NCBI GenBank assembly: GCA_010093605.1
Contig: MU004185.1
Location: 1,075,334-1,139,333, forward strand
DNA: 64,000 bases
Direction of reading: 5' to 3'
Source: Lophium mytilinum
Lineage: Eukaryota
This document shows positions 10,651-24,528 of this stretch, in pieces. The first letter of the stretch is position 1. Each line of letters opens with the position of its first letter. The notes below the pieces were generated by a model, which was not told where the DNA came from, searched no databases, and saw only the letters and a list, made by a program, of their open reading frames with translations. Position numbers and translations under genes: made by a program.

Positions 10651-13600
10651 TCACACCAACAAGAACCTGACTATCTCGTCTTCCGCCCATGGTGGCTTTG
10701 TCCAACCAGGAACTGACTCCTGAGAGTATAGTATCGTCCCCTCCTCATTCGTCCTCGCAAATCCCACTCTCTTGTAACATGGCACACCCCCGCGGTTCCC
10801 GGCCAGCGAAATCAAGAGAGAAAAACGCTGTTCTTTGGAATTTAGATGCCCTGACATAATCTTCGAAATTGGAAACACGAAGACTTCGTCGCAGATTGCT
10901 GTCGTGTCGAACCCGAATGCCCGAAGACTTTGCAGCGCGCTCATGTTATCAATCTGCCAGCGGAAGAGTTTCCCTCTTACGTCGATGAAGCCATCGGACA
11001 CACTGCCGAAAGGGTCGTTGCTAGACGCAGTCGTTTCGCAGCTAAGAATGGTCATAAGAGGCTCCACATCCCTCCTCCGAAAAAGTCTGAAGTCGTCGGT
11101 AACAATCTGGCCATCCACCGATGCCCATGACCATGTCGGGGCTGTCCACTGTAAGCGTAAATCGTGAACGAGGAGGGCCAGGAAACCGTGCCTCTATATG
11201 GAGTCGGGCGGGGGAGGGGAGGTCTGGTGCGATACCACGACAGCCCGCGTATCAAGCGCCCCTTCCAGAGACCAGCAGCATACTCATCGTCCAGTATACG
11301 ATGTATGACGCGAGCGATACCGGAGATGGCGATCAGTTTGTCGGATTGCTTTGTTAGTGAGCATCCGGTGTATGCATGTATAGATTTATTCCAGCGCCTC
11401 ATCCCTTCCCCGTTTTCATCACTTCTTACCGGATATTTCCGTTCTGACTTAAGGACAACATCATCCGAAGACCGCGGCCTAAGCTTGCTAGATTCGTAGG
11501 CTCCGCGTATCCTTACTGGGCATGATACCCGCTCTCTGCACTCCCAAAACATAGGCGAACCGAAATGAATGGTCCGAGGGCTTAGGACACGCTCTTGGAG
11601 CACCCACCCACGGGAATTGAGAGGCGAGCACTCCTCAAACTCTTTCCATCGGTCTTGGAAGCAGATGAATTTCTGCGTTCCCCGGCTAGTCCGAAGGTTG
11701 ATCCAAAAAGGTCTCCAGTCAAAAGGGTCATCTTGCTCACTGAGCTTTTGTCCAAAAAGTCCTGGGCCGGAAACATTGAACTCCGACGCCGCTATGTTGA
11801 GGGCTGCGTTTTGGTATACTTTGTCCATCGTGGAAGCCTCCAGTTCCCAATCCTCATCAGAGTCTTGGATTATCTTAAGGTGGCAATAAAGTTAGCAAAT
11901 CTTTCTGAACCAGAGTGAGAAAACCGGTATTGATGACAGGTTATGCTGCGTGAGATACTCCTTTGGGGAATTCCAAGACACCACTGTCCAATTTGCCAGC
12001 TCAACACTACTATTCGGGGGAGCCTGACTGCTGAGCAGGCAATCAGTCAAGAGGCAGTCTAATCTACACTGCTTGAAGTCTAACATCGCCCTCGAGTCTT
12101 CAGACCCCTGCGGGGATACTCTAAGCAGTAGCGTACCAGTGGTTGTCTCGGAATACTCCTGGAGTAGGTTCAAACAGACATATTGCTAGGAATTTTCTTA
12201 TCTGTGTTGGGGGCTTACGTACGCACAACGAATCGATCCATATGTATTCGTATTGTAGGTCTCTTGAAACTGAGATGGAATCTCTGAAAGTTTGAGGTAG
12301 GTCATCGAAGTTGATGCCCCCCTTGAATTGTTCCAGATTCGACAAAGTCAAGTTGAGGAACTTTGCATCGCCCCATCGGTGGCTTAATGTGATGTATCGT
12401 AATTGTAACGTCCGTGGAATATCAGCGTGGCCTACTAACCTAATTTGCGGATGCTCATTTGACCCGACATATATTAGACGGGTAGGAATGGAATGCTCAA
12501 AGGGGTCTGGTTGGCAGTTCAGATGGGAATGCAGGCAAGCTGTGATGCAATCGTTTAGCCAACTCCAGATCTCAACCCCTGAAGTTGGACAGTCGAAATT
12601 GTCTGACCCTGTGTATAGGTCAAGAAAAATAACCATTAACACTGATTTACATCTTTCGTGTGTGATGTACGTACCTCTGACCCGATGCATATCAATATAT
12701 TCCACCCAGGCATTATTGCCGACGCCAGACACTATTTGAAGCTCTTCCGTTTCGGTTACTTCTAAACTTACTTGAAGTAGGTGTAACAAGTCTAGCGGAG
12801 TTTTGTGATGTTTCAGGACTGCAGATCGGAAAAACCCGCAGAGTCTACAGGAATCTGCCACCTTCAAGACTTCCTCTACTGTGCGAAAAGGAAATCTTAT
12901 TTTGCCATTAGGGCTAGAGGAAGCAGTGAGTCTTCCTAAAATCGATGTCTTGTTCTCCTCTCCTGCGTCACTATCTTGATCGCCACAATCAAAGACGAAA
13001 CTGTCGCGACGCCTCCACTCGTAGTCGTCCCAGTTGTCAAGCCCCGCGTCTTTGCGTCTTTGAGTTAATCTTCTCAATTTGTTAGCTTCCACAAGACAGT
13101 ATTGAGAGGGTCTGTCATACGCGTCCTGGGAAAAGTGTCGCATCCATTCGCTTCGAAAGGCTGCCCACTTAGCCTCGAACCCAGATTTGTCAAATTCAAA
13201 ATAGCACAGAACGCTTGGCGCTTTTTTCTCGGCGTTCCTCACCAAATTTTGGATGAGAATGGCAGGGAGCACTACCTTATTAAATGTCAACCTTTCAACA
13301 TCCCTTAATAATAACAAGCAAGGCTCTTTGCGTATGCTATAGGGTTATTTTATAGTATTTTCTTAGTATTATAGTGCCCTAACTATCTACCTGCCCCCTG
13401 TTCTACCTAGGGACGCGTCTTCTTCGCACCTTAGAAGAGCCCCCTAATTGCTTAAGCTTAAGGACTACTATAGGTAGAAGGAGCGCAAGTACTGCTATTT
13501 ACGGTAAATAATTCTAAGGTATTAAAACGTAGAGAGGGTTTTACTATAACGCGATTATTCTAAGTATTAGAATATAGGCCCGGAGGAGCTCCTATGCAAG

Positions 13601-13869
13601 GCTTACTAGATCTAGAAAATATTAGTAAGTAGCCCTATAGCACGTATAAATAACCTTAATTTGTATTAAGCTGCCTTACTTGTTATTATTAAAGGGACGT
13701 TGAAAGGTTAACATTTAATCAGGTGGTGTTCCCCGGCGTTCTCATACAAGTTTTGGTGAGGAACGCCGAGAAAAAAGCGCCAAGCGTTCTGTGCTATTTT
13801 GAATTCGACAAATCCTACCCAGTCGAACATGGCCTCGCATGCGAAGCATAAGGGGCCTGGATATTCCAT
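10651..13869 (-). CDS. HET-domain (heterokaryon incompatibility) protein; first exon interrupted by a TIR element, possibly a pseudogene
   Basis: HET motifs PTRLI, YITLSHRWG, LPQTFRDSI, YIWIDSLC|IIQDSDEDW...MDKVYQNA, PLNSRGWVLQERVLSPR, DKLIAISGIA and YAAGLW. Introns at ~12220-11875 and ~11190-11145. The original N-terminus MEYPGPLCFACEAMFDWV lies at 13869-13816. Confidence 0.85.
13183..13815. mobile_element. Non-autonomous DNA transposon (MITE-like), 633 bp, ~142-bp terminal inverted repeats, RIP-like interior
   Basis: 13183-13324 is the near reverse complement of 13673-13815 (core GGTGAGGAACGCCGAGAAAAAAGCGCCAAGCGTTCTGTGCTATTTTGAATT). The interior is AT-rich and TpA-rich. Confidence 0.88.
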
Positions 13870-14308
13870 TATGATGGGTTTGTGGATCGTGGAAGCTTGG
13901 AGCGGCTGCCTACGTGTATGCTTGGAAATCTTTAGGGTGGTCGCTGCCTCGGCAGGGGGAACTATCAGGCAAGGCTAAGCTCGCACACGTGACATGTCCC
14001 AAATAAGTTTCCCTTTCTTACTTACTCTATCTATTACCCCGGAAACTGAGACTCCTAAGAGCTTGTGTCACTTGCTAAGTCATAGACCAAGATCCAACAT
14101 TTTTTCATACACTCGATTGAGGATCTAATCCACATAAATTTGTACATTTACAGCAAAAAGCGAAATATATACAACTCGCACCACAGATGCGTTAGAAAAG
14201 AAGGAGCTCGTCACTACTACCACCCATCAAACCCAAAACAGACATCCATGCCCCTCAGAAAGTCTCATCCCCATTTGCGAAATTCAGATCTATCTGCTCG
14301 TCTTCCAT

Positions 14309-15376
14309 TTATACGCACTGGTGGTAATACGGGTTCCACTGCTTGCAAGTGGACCCCTCGACGCAAGTAGTCGCGCCGGTGTAGTTGGTGCCGCCGCACT
14401 GGTAGTACTTCGCCACCACACCTGTAGGTACAGCCGTCGCAGCCGCGGAGGTTGAAGACGCTGCTGTCGTCGGCCTGACAGCAGTCACGAGAGTCGTAGG
14501 AGCGGCGGGGAGGGTTGAAGTATGGAGTGCAGAAGATACGGCAGCGGAAGAGACAGCCTTGGACGAAGTTGACACAGCCACCGGAGTAGACACAACCGCA
14601 GCGGAAGAAACGGCAGAGCTGACAACCACGACCGCTGAAGTCGGCGTGGCAACAACAGACGAGACAACCACAACCGCTGAAGTCGGCGTAGCAACAGGCG
14701 ACGAGGCAACCACCGCAGCGGACGAGGACACAGCAGCTACCGATGAAGACGCAGCCACCACTGACGACGACGACGCGGGCGTAGAGCCAGACCCCCCAAC
14801 CGTGAAATCAACACACGCCTCATACGTCTGATCAATACTCCTCGCATCCCACCACCACTGAATCACACAATCGCCCGCCGTCGCGCACTTGCTCCCCAAA
14901 TCGCTCGGGATCTCAATCTTAAAGTTCGTGTTGTTCGCCTGCTCGGACAACGGGATCGAGTTCGTGGCATACACATCCCAATGGATCAACGGGCTCCCAA
15001 TAATCTCATTCGTCTTCGTGTCCACGATGCTCACGTTGGCCGTGCCGGTGTGCGGGGCCCGGATATCTACCACCATTGCTACCGTTTGTCCGGCGGTGTA
15101 GGACTGCACGTTCGCGGTGTTGTCGGCGTACTTGTAGCCCTTGCAGAGCCAGATGTCGCAGGCCGCGGCGTTGTAGTCGGATTGGGAGGCGGCGACCTGC
15201 AGCTCGCCTTGCACGTTGCCGTAGTTATCGGAGGCTTGGTTGCTGTAGACCTGTGCGCCGCAGGCGGCGGACATGGCGGTACCAGCGAGCCGGGCAGGGG
15301 GCGTGGTGACGAAGCCGTGGGAGTAGGCGGTGGTGGCGAGGTAGGCCAGGGTGAGGAGGGGGGTGAAGGAGTGCAT
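14309..15376 (-). CDS. Secreted AA16-family copper protein (LPMO-like) with Ser/Thr linker and C-terminal CBM1
   Basis: Signal peptide then His1 ([10 protein letters not shown]), CDIWLCKG, second His in IRAPHTG, CVIQWWW...QTYEACVDF, a long S/T/V/A linker, and the CBM1 [32 protein letters not shown]. Confidence 0.88.
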   Translation of the reverse strand: MHSFTPLLTLAYLATTAYSHGFVTTPPARLAGTAMSAACGAQVYSNQASDNYGNVQGELQVAASQSDYNAAACDIWLCKGYKYADNTANVQSYTAGQTVAMVVDIRAPHTGTANVSIVDTKTNEIIGSPLIHWDVYATNSIPLSEQANNTNFKIEIPSDLGSKCATAGDCVIQWWWDARSIDQTYEACVDFTVGGSGSTPASSSSVVAASSSVAAVSSSAAVVASSPVATPTSAVVVVSSVVATPTSAVVVVSSAVSSAAVVSTPVAVSTSSKAVSSAAVSSALHTSTLPAAPTTLVTAVRPTTAASSTSAAATAVPTGVVAKYYQCGGTNYTGATTCVEGSTCKQWNPYYHQCV

Positions 15377-16726
15377 GGTTGTATGTAGATGTTTTGACGT
15401 CCTTTGTATTCAAAGATGGCTTTTGGATGGAATGAATGGATTTGGTAGGTAGGCCTAGTCTATAGCGACGAAAAGAATGACGGTGAAAAAATGAATGTAG
15501 CGGTCCCAGACCGAAGCAAGTATGTACGAATGAAAGTAAAGCGAAGAGCGCTGAATAGAGAAAAGAGGAGGGCAAAGAATCGTTCAAATACTCGTCCCAA
15601 AGAGCCCCGCATAGGAAGGTAAACTCATTACCGCTTTGCTGTATCCCAAAGGCGATCACACCGCTGCGACATGAAGGCTAGAAGCTTCCCACCCTTACAT
15701 AAAGAACCTTACCAGAACAGGTGTCCAAGCGGCTATACTAGACCTCTAACGATGAGGACGAACCAATCGCTTACTATGCCAAGTTGTTCGATACAGCCCA
15801 TGATGCGTGAAGCGCCGACCTACGCTACCCACCAGACCCGCCAAGCGCCCTCTCCCGGAGATTGAGCGCCACTATGTAGCTCCCGCATAACGTGCAGGCG
15901 TTGTTTATATCGGAAGCGATCCGCGTACCTGGGTTGAAACGTGGTGCGGGGATGGTGGCGTGCTACTAATATCCCGATGGGTTTCATGTCTCTAAACGAG
16001 GCCGAGATATCGGGGTTTTACCACTTTCGGTCGATCAACCGAGACTACATAGAACTTCACGGAACACCTACATAGGCTTGGCGAGACAGGTCACAAAAGG
16101 TAAAGCAGAAGGTATTAGAAACAAGGGGCGGCGGTGGAGGAGAAGTAGGTGATGGTGGAGGACAAGTGGCAGGCGTAAGTTTAACGTTGGTGTTGCATCT
16201 ATAAGTTAGCGCAACCACGATGTACGGGAATTTGGAGTAACTTAGAGCAATGAGCTCAGTTCTCATTTTGATTCGTCGCCGAGAGTTCCACCCGTGACCG
16301 CGCTTCCCGCGCTCTTCCATCCGATAATGTACACGCTCCCTGATCCATGCAAGTGCAGTGGCCGTCCAGCATCGAAGCACGCTGCGACGCTGATCGCCAG
16401 CACAAAATCTACCCGCCAAAAAGCCATGCCCCATCCGCTGTTAGACCCTCCACCCTCCACCCGCAACCCCCCAGCAAGGAAAAGACAAGTGTGAAGTGTA
16501 GGTAGTGAAGCAACAGAGTGCTTGGACAAATACGTACCAAGCAAAGACAGTTTCCAGGATCCGGTCGTTGAGAGAGTAGTCCATTCCATTTCAGGTCCGT
16601 TTGGGTGTCGTTCCGGAAGTAGATATCATTGCCGAAAGCCATAGCCAGCCGCCAGGATCACCATAGAGATTCACGAGCAGACATAGACATTGGGCAAGGA
16701 CATCACTTCAAAGAATCACGTACCTT

Positions 16727-19700
16727 TCAAAGGAAGATCTCCAACTCGGGCCTCTTGAGGGAGCCCTCGTCGAGAATCGGGTAGTATGGCACCATAGAGT
16801 CGCCGTTCTGGACATAGGCATCGTTATAGATGCGCCAGTAAGGGTTGCGGACCTTGCGTGCCGGATGGAAGAGGCCAGCCCAAGAATAGTTCATGACGGT
16901 ACCGGTACCGACGGCGTTGCGAAGTGCGTCAATAGCTTCTATGACCCTGTCGATGACATGAGGGCTCGTTTCGAAGAGGTTGGGCCAGACGAGATTGAGA
17001 AGATGCAGCTGCGAGATCATCAGCACACGTCTTCATAGCGGGTTCGATACATACCATTGCGTCTTCGCACCCAAGTCCGACGACTCCTAATGCGATGTGT
17101 TTGACTACCGCGGCCGCGGTCTGGCGATGAACTTGGTCTCGGTCGATGAGGGCGTCTTCGAGGAGCGGTGTGATTGCGTAAACGTAGTCTTTGGCCATCT
17201 CGCCAATATACTCGAAGAGGAACGACAGCGACTTCAGGACACCGTTTTGAACGTTCAGCTCTGGGACCCGGTACTCGTTCATGAGGGCCGGCAACACTGT
17301 GTATGGACCACACGTCTCAGCAACAATGCCAATGGCGACAGCCGTGCAGACTCGGCTCTGGCGCTCTTGTACCCTCAAGTTGTTCAGGAGTGTGTTTAGG
17401 ACATCTTGTGGACCAATAGCTTTCGCAATGAAGCCGAAAGTGTTATTGGCGGCGCGACGAATGCCCTTCTTGTGCGCTTTGAGCATGTCGAGAAGCTCAA
17501 AGCAGATTCTCATCCATTCTTTGGGAGGGACGAGATCGGCACCACGGTCCGCAATGCGTCCGACAAGGTCAATGGTATTCTCTTGAACCTTTTCGTGCCG
17601 ATTGCGAAGGATGGGAGTAAGTCGAGGTAGGAGATCACGGACTGGCGGCTTCATGGACTCGAGACCAACGACGGAGACAATGCTTCGGAGTGCACCGAGA
17701 ATGGAGCCTAAGACTTCTGGATACTCCTCTCCAAGGTATTCGTAGAGAATGACGCTAAGCTTGGACATCAAGTCGTCTCTGCCGCAGACCCTCATCACCA
17801 CTGTGATACGAGAGATCAAGTCCGCCGCTTGCATACGGACACTAGCCTGCTTGTTGTTCAGTCGCCAAAGAATCGAGCTGATAATCTGAGGAAGGTAAAC
17901 GTCAATGCGGGGCCCCAACGAGTTGAAGATTGTTCCGACGCCGTTCAAGATCAATTCGTCTTCTACGCTCTGGTCCTGGAAGGTGGTGAGAGTACCATCG
18001 ACGAGGCGCTTCTCGAGATCGTCATTGATAGAAGCTGCGCCTAAGCTTGAGATGACCTTTTCGATCGTCTCGATTGACATCTTGCGGTAAGCCTCGTTCT
18101 CGTCCTTCAAATTGCCCACGGTGCGCTCAACGATCTCGCTGACGCCGACCTTCTGTCCCAGGTCAAAAGTAGTTTGAATCACCTCCTTAGACATGCGCTT
18201 GTCGAGTGCCATTCGACGAACCCAAAAGGCCTTGAAGAATTCGTCGAGCATCTTGTCGATCAAGAACTTCCCCTTCACGCCTTTGGTTTGAGCGCACTGA
18301 GAGACTACCTTGAGCACGACCTTCTTCATCTCCTCATCGGGTGAAGAGAACTCTCGTAAGAGAATTTCCGTGATCTGGGTAGTGTAGTAGGTGGCGTACT
18401 CGTCGTCCATTAAGGGGATGAGGTAGCCAACGGCCTTGAGGAACGAGGTTAAGCTCTTACCCCGCTGCTTACGAGCACCAGTCCATAAAGGATGGAGGAT
18501 GACTTCGAAGCTATCAATACCGTACGGGTTCGAGGCCTCGGCAAGAGCAGCGAGTGCCAAGCTCGTGACCGTGCGGACTCTAGGTTGCTCGTCGTTGAGA
18601 TTGCCCGCAATGCACTCAACGAGACCCCTGAGATGAGGCAGGACAGCACAGCCCAATAGAATGGGAATTTGTTGAACGATCTTGACACCAGTGTGACGGG
18701 CCGCCCATGAACGCTTGCTCTTGCAAACGGCTCGGAGGAAAGGAAGAAGAGAAGGGATGCCAAGTGCAGATGCAACAACAGCAAACGCTCTAGCGGTGGT
18801 ATTGCGAACATACTCATCCGGGTGATCAATGTCCGGACGCATGGTACTAATCATATGTGCGAGGCCGGCGGCTTTACTGAGATTTGAGATGATCTCACGA
18901 CCCTCCACTCGGGCATAGTAATCCACGTCGATCAAAAGAGGTTCGATGACAACAAGAATCTTGTGCACGAACGGTCGGACGAGTTCATCTAGCTTGTACA
19001 AGATGCGGTCGATGACCTTGACGAGCAAATGACGCTCCTGGTCTTCCAGAGTTTTCTCCATGAGAAGCGGGAGTATCTGATTGAACAGTGGTCCGGCGCC
19101 AAATTGTCGGGCACTGTCGGTAAGCTGTCGAAGAGCCGTCTTGCGCATCGCCGGTGTGCCGTTCTTCACCTTGAGAAGCAGACGCATGATTTTGCGTTCT
19201 TTGAGTTCTTCGACTGTCATCTGATCCTCGTCTGCGCCGTCGACCAGTTTTCCAAAGTAGGCCATGTCCTCAGCCTTGAAGAATTGAAGATCTCCGACGC
19301 CAGGAATCTCCGTGGGAAGTTGCTTGCCCATCATCGAGTTGCTCTGAGGCGCTTGCATCATGAAGCCGCCATAGATCCCTGGGGTTGGCGGCACGAGGCC
19401 GCTCGGGGCGACTCTAGTTGGCTCGTAGCCAGGGGGCGGCTCGAGGATCTTGTAACCTTCGCTGGGTAACATCATGTCCAAAGCTTCATCAGACAGAGGC
19501 GCATTGCGAAAGTCGCCTCCAAAAGGCATGAATCCTACCTGCGAGGCATGCATGGGCGTGGCGAGCCCAGCAGCAACCGCTGGTGTGGCACCTCCAGCTG
19601 CGGGCACGACGTCCCACCTACGGGCTTTTGGTTTGACGGGCGGTGCTGGCTCATCCCACTTCGATGTCTTCTTCTTCTTCTCGACCGCCCCATTCGTTTC

Positions 19701-20465
19701 GCCGTCGGCCACTGGTTCAGTTTCCGCGCCCCAGCGATTCTTGCGCTTCCTGCCAGTCGCGACGTCAACGGTTGACCCAGCTTCACTGTTCTCTTTATCC
19801 GGAGTATCCCTCAAAGTAGGTCGATGCTCGACGACAGCCCCGGTCTCTCCATTTGCCTCTTTCTCGGCAATCAGTTTGGCGATCCTCGCTTCTTCACGCT
19901 CTACCTCCCGGGTTTGCATAATCTCCTTGTACGATAGTCCCTCGCTCGGCACACCAGCTTGGCTGTTTGCAGCGAAGGGATCAGCCCGGGTTGGGGTGAG
20001 AGGACCGCGTTGGAATCGGCGCTTCTGATAGTCAGTTTCGCGGGAAGCAATCTGTGCCTGCTTCTCTCGGCCCATGAGGATATCGGCCTCCTCGGTATCG
20101 CCACCTGCGAACTCGTTGATCTGCGCTTTCGTGGCCGTGTACTGGCCCACGAGCCGCCGGCCGTTGAGCTCGTCCGCATCTTGATTATCGTCGTCGTCAT
20201 CGTTGATGGCGATGGAAGTGTTGTATCCAGCAAATTTGTCTACGGCGGCCCGCTCATACAGCTCCGTGTCGAAGGACTCAGTGAGTGATGCCTTCGTCGA
20301 CGTGTCAGTCCGCTGCGTGGACGGGTCAAAGGCATTTGAACCTTTCTTCCCTGAACTGGCTGCGTTGCGCTCTGCTTGGAGGCGCCGGATCGTCTCGAAA
20401 TCCTCTGGAGGACGCGATGTTAGTGAGGAGCGCGGAGGAGATTTGGGGCACGTACTGTCAGACAT
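16727..20465 (-). CDS. HSH155: U2 snRNP splicing factor SF3B1 (Hsh155/Prp10)
   Basis: RWD ULM-like motifs, [14 protein letters not shown] repeats, [16 protein letters not shown] and HEKVQEN. Introns at 20455-20405 (51 nt, in frame) and 17054-17009. The last exon [18 protein letters not shown]...LFHPARKVR ends at 16727. Confidence 0.97.
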
Positions 20466-23287
20466 GGTGGCAACTGTCGCAAGCCAGTGTCTTCGGTTGT
20501 ATCAAGAATCCACGCGATGCAGTCGGAGGGCGCGCGTAGGATCAGCGCATGCAGAAGGATTGGGGTTGATGAGGTTGACGAGAGCCTGGTGATGAGGGAC
20601 GTCGCAGTTGAAGTTGACGAGGTCACGCCAAGACCGCGCTCGGACCAGTTAGTGCTCTGTGCTCCTCCTCACCTTTTGCAGCGTCTCTCGAGAAGCCTAA
20701 GGGGCTCGGCCGTGTTGCCTACTGACTACACAGATCTTCCATTTGGACCTCAACATAGGAGGCAATTCATTCTTCGCTGTAGCAGATTACTTCAGTCATG
20801 TCTTCTATACTATCCAAAGAACCATTCACCTTTCGCCTCCACCTCCAATCTGAAGGTGCTTCTTACTCATGCGCGGCACTTTCTATGGCAACAGATATTG
20901 AATCCAAGAGTTCCAGTTGTGCAGATTGTTTCCTTCGATTTCAATAGACTGATTCCACTGCGACGTCTAAGTGCGACATCAAAGCTCTCCTTCATCTACC
21001 TATACTGTACTGTACTAGGCAGGTCGGCAGAAGCCTTCTGAATTAGCTTGTGTCCGGTTCTTGATGCATCGTATATTCTCCATTGACCTTCAACTACGTT
21101 CCTAGTCATTCGTGGACGTGATCTGTATTATCGTCGCCGCTGGTAGAATGGAAATCATAAAAGAGCAGGAAGTCGGCCCAGCATACTTGTTTCTCATCGA
21201 GCAGCAATAGCACTTGTTAGCAGCGTATCTACATCGTCTATTCAACAACCAGCACGCCTATTATACTTTTCAAAGAACTCCGTCTCAAAGAATGCATGTC
21301 CTTCGCGAATGCGGTCCCCTTGAAGTCACTGGGTGCAGTGCACGTTCTCTACTCAATTCATATTACAGCGAGGGAGGTATACTAAATGCTTGAATCAGTC
21401 GGTCATCTATGCGCTAGGTCTTGGTTCACAATGGGCCTGCCCGATATTCGAAAGGAGCGGGTAAAACCGTCAGTCTACGATGAAGATTGATCCTTTTGCC
21501 AAATTGTCGTACATACATGCCAGCTCTCAGTCTCTAGGGATGTGATCTCCCAATCTGCTTATTCGTGACACGTGCGGGTAACCACGCCGAATTTCATCTG
21601 TGCGCAACTCTGACAGGAACGAACGCACATGGGACGAATTCGAGCGGGAATTGCAGGATTCCACGCAGGAACAGAGTCGGCGAAAAAGCGCAACCAGTCC
21701 TGAAAATCGCTACAGGGCTTTCCGGAATAGTGGCAATCAATCGCCCTCAATTTGCTTCATAGTTACGTTGCGCGATAAATGATCGCGCGCGCCATTACTG
21801 TAGACGAATAGAGTAGAGGTATTGCTAACTATCTCTACCTCCTAAGCAGACAATCAATTTCATTAGGCTGTCCTCGGAACTCGAGAATCTTCGGACCAAA
21901 ATAACAGAGATTGCGATCTAGGCTTAGTAGCATGCTCTACATGTGAGTTATACATAGCACATTTAGCACTATTGATCGTTAAAGACGAGGCTCTCTATCC
22001 TAACGGTTAGGACAATTCGGCACAGGCCTGATGCTACCGGCGATCTCGTTCCTAGGCCCCTACAGGGTTGTATCACAGTGTTGAGACGCATAGATCTCTA
22101 CGAGGGGGTTAGAAAGCGCCGGATAGGGTACGGATGGGCTACGATCACCCAAGCCTGTGAACGAGTTCATTGGTTTCGAGATCATTCACCTGCCCAATGA
22201 CAGAGCTAAGAGACTTATGAAGCTGATGTGTTAATTGCTTCTGCAAGCGAAGGAGAACATATTTAGTGAACTTCCAGTCTGTTTTGACGTCCCACGATTT
22301 CCCCAGCAGGCATGATCCAGCCTCACACTACCTGGAGTGCCACGTTGACGCCGTGCTTTTGGTTCGCGTTAGAAGGATTATTGATCGTCGGTCGGGCGCT
22401 AGAAGGGGGGAAGACGGAGGTGTGGTTCGAATATTGAGACTCGTCTCAAGTGCTATGGGTGTCGTGTAGGGGAGTTTGACACTACACTAGTTCGAAAACC
22501 TCCTGAAAGGATCCCGGACTGTCGACACGTTTAAGAAATAGCCACAGCATGATACAGGAAGGCTTTCTGTCTAGGCGATACTAGCACAGACCCCGAGACA
22601 CAATCCTTCAAATTGATACGGCCAAAACAACATCAATGGGTGCGCTCCCGTGATCTTTGTCGTCCCCGCTACCAGCGTCAGCAAATGGGTACAGACCCCG
22701 AACAGCGAAAGTGAAATCATCACGGTCAGTATTCTTTTTCAGTCACGAGATCCTTGAGAGCCACTGTTTTAAGCATTTGTAGTTCGTTGAAGTAGACTAA
22801 AGTCCTATTCCTAGCCGAAGCCAACCTAAGGTACCAAGTTTCACCGAAAGAAGCTACAAAAGGAAAGATCCAGAACCGTATGGAAGCAAGCATGATACTG
22901 AACCGAAGTTCCAATTTAGGCCGAAGCCAACACCATGGCTCCAATTACCAACCAACTTAGCAACAAAATAGAGGAAACCCACCCATATTAAAGCAAACAA
23001 GAAGGTGTTAATCGGTAAGAGAAGCATGGAATGAAACAAGAATTAAAGCAGTAGGTAAGTCTGTTCAAGCAACAGTAGAGTGAAGGTGGTGAACAAGCAG
23101 TAGAAGGGGTCTGTTAAAGTAAAAAGAGAAGCATAGTGTCGAAGCAACAAGGATGTAGCAGTATGAGCAGGAAACAAGAAGTGAAGCTGAAGGAAAGGTT
23201 TCAAGAAGCAACACAACAATAAAGTAGATGTTTGCAGTCTCTCCGTCTCGAAACACGTAGGATGCTCCCCACATCATATCTTAGCCA

Positions 23288-24528
23288 TCAGCGACGAGCA
23301 ATTTCAAGGTCGGTCCTCCGGTTAGCCTCCGTAAGCTTCTTCTTGAGTCCCGCGATGAGAGTGCCGTGCTCAAGGTATCCCCACTTCTTGACGTTCAGCT
23401 CGCCAGTCTTCTTGTCCATGACCTTGCTGTGGAAAGAGTTGCTGCCGAAGGAGAGGATCTCCATGACAGCAGCCGCATCTTTTCTATAGGGACCGGGGTT
23501 GTTGAAGCTAGTGAGCCAGGTACCAGCATCGGACCAGATCACTTTGAGGGCTTGAGGAACCTGGGAGTTGCTGGAGACATGGTCGAATCGGAGCTTCTTG
23601 AGTTGCTTGCAGTTGATCAGCAGCTGGAATGCTGGCTGCGCAGTCTTCCGCTCGTACATCTCCACGATGATCTTGGTTATGTACTTCCTGCCAACATCAA
23701 TCTGCAACAAGAAGTTCTGCAGGCTGTAGGTAGTCTCCATAATGAACTTCTGATTGAATAGGATGGGAAGAGCCTCTTCGCGGACTTGGCGGTTGAGGGA
23801 GAGAATGGCCAAGCGGTTCAAGCTGGTGAAGGCGGGAGCGAAGCTCGACTTGTGGGTTCCTCCCCTAGTCTTGACCCGGATAGTCTTGCCTTCGTCGCAG
23901 AGGATATGGTTATAGACCCGCTCACGGACGTTCTTCGGTAGCTTCATAAACTCGAATGGGAGTGTCTGCTTGACGATGATGGCTATGAGGCCCGAGTGAT
24001 TGGTCTGACCCATGTTGACCTTGAAATTTGATTAGCACGGCCCGAACAGCGTCCGAAATAGAATACTTACCATTCCCATCAATCTGAAGGGATTGTCAGA
24101 GCGGAGCTTGAGAAGCTGGCCGAACTGAAAGTCTTTGCCTAGCTGTTTACACATTAGCTTGGAATCAGCACAACAATGGACAATAACGTACATCAGAAGA
24201 CTGAGTCGCGGAGTTGAAGTAGACTTCGAGCACGATACCAGGGTCCGCCTCCTCCAGCCTGTTGACGATGGCGTCATTGACGTCGTTGAACTTATTTACC
24301 TATTCATAGCGTCAGATATGCAGGTCAGCGTTGAGAGGGTTGAAAGCATACCAAGGCGCGCTGGCGAGCTTTGAGCTTCTTGAGCTCAGTACCGGAAATT
24401 GCAGTGGCAAGCACGAGCTCTTTACCACGTGAACGGCCTGTCGCGGGAGTGCATGGGGCGAGAGCACCGGGGGTGGGAGTGCTCGGCGCGTCCAACATCA
24501 TCGCGTCCTCAGACGTTACGGAAGACAT
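23288..24528 (-). CDS. Hypothetical protein with F-box-like FMKLPxxVRERVY motif (DUF7730/2EXR-like), ~3 introns
   Basis: ATG at 24528 (MSSVTSEDAMM). GT-AG introns join to the 241-aa last exon, which contains PFEFMKLPKNVRERVYNHIL and LNRQVREEALPILF. Confidence 0.7.

Noticed and set aside
21120..22470. Possible plus-strand pseudogene (ATG at 21128, branch-like GCTAAC at 21823)
   Set aside because: Multiple stops and no identifiable family.
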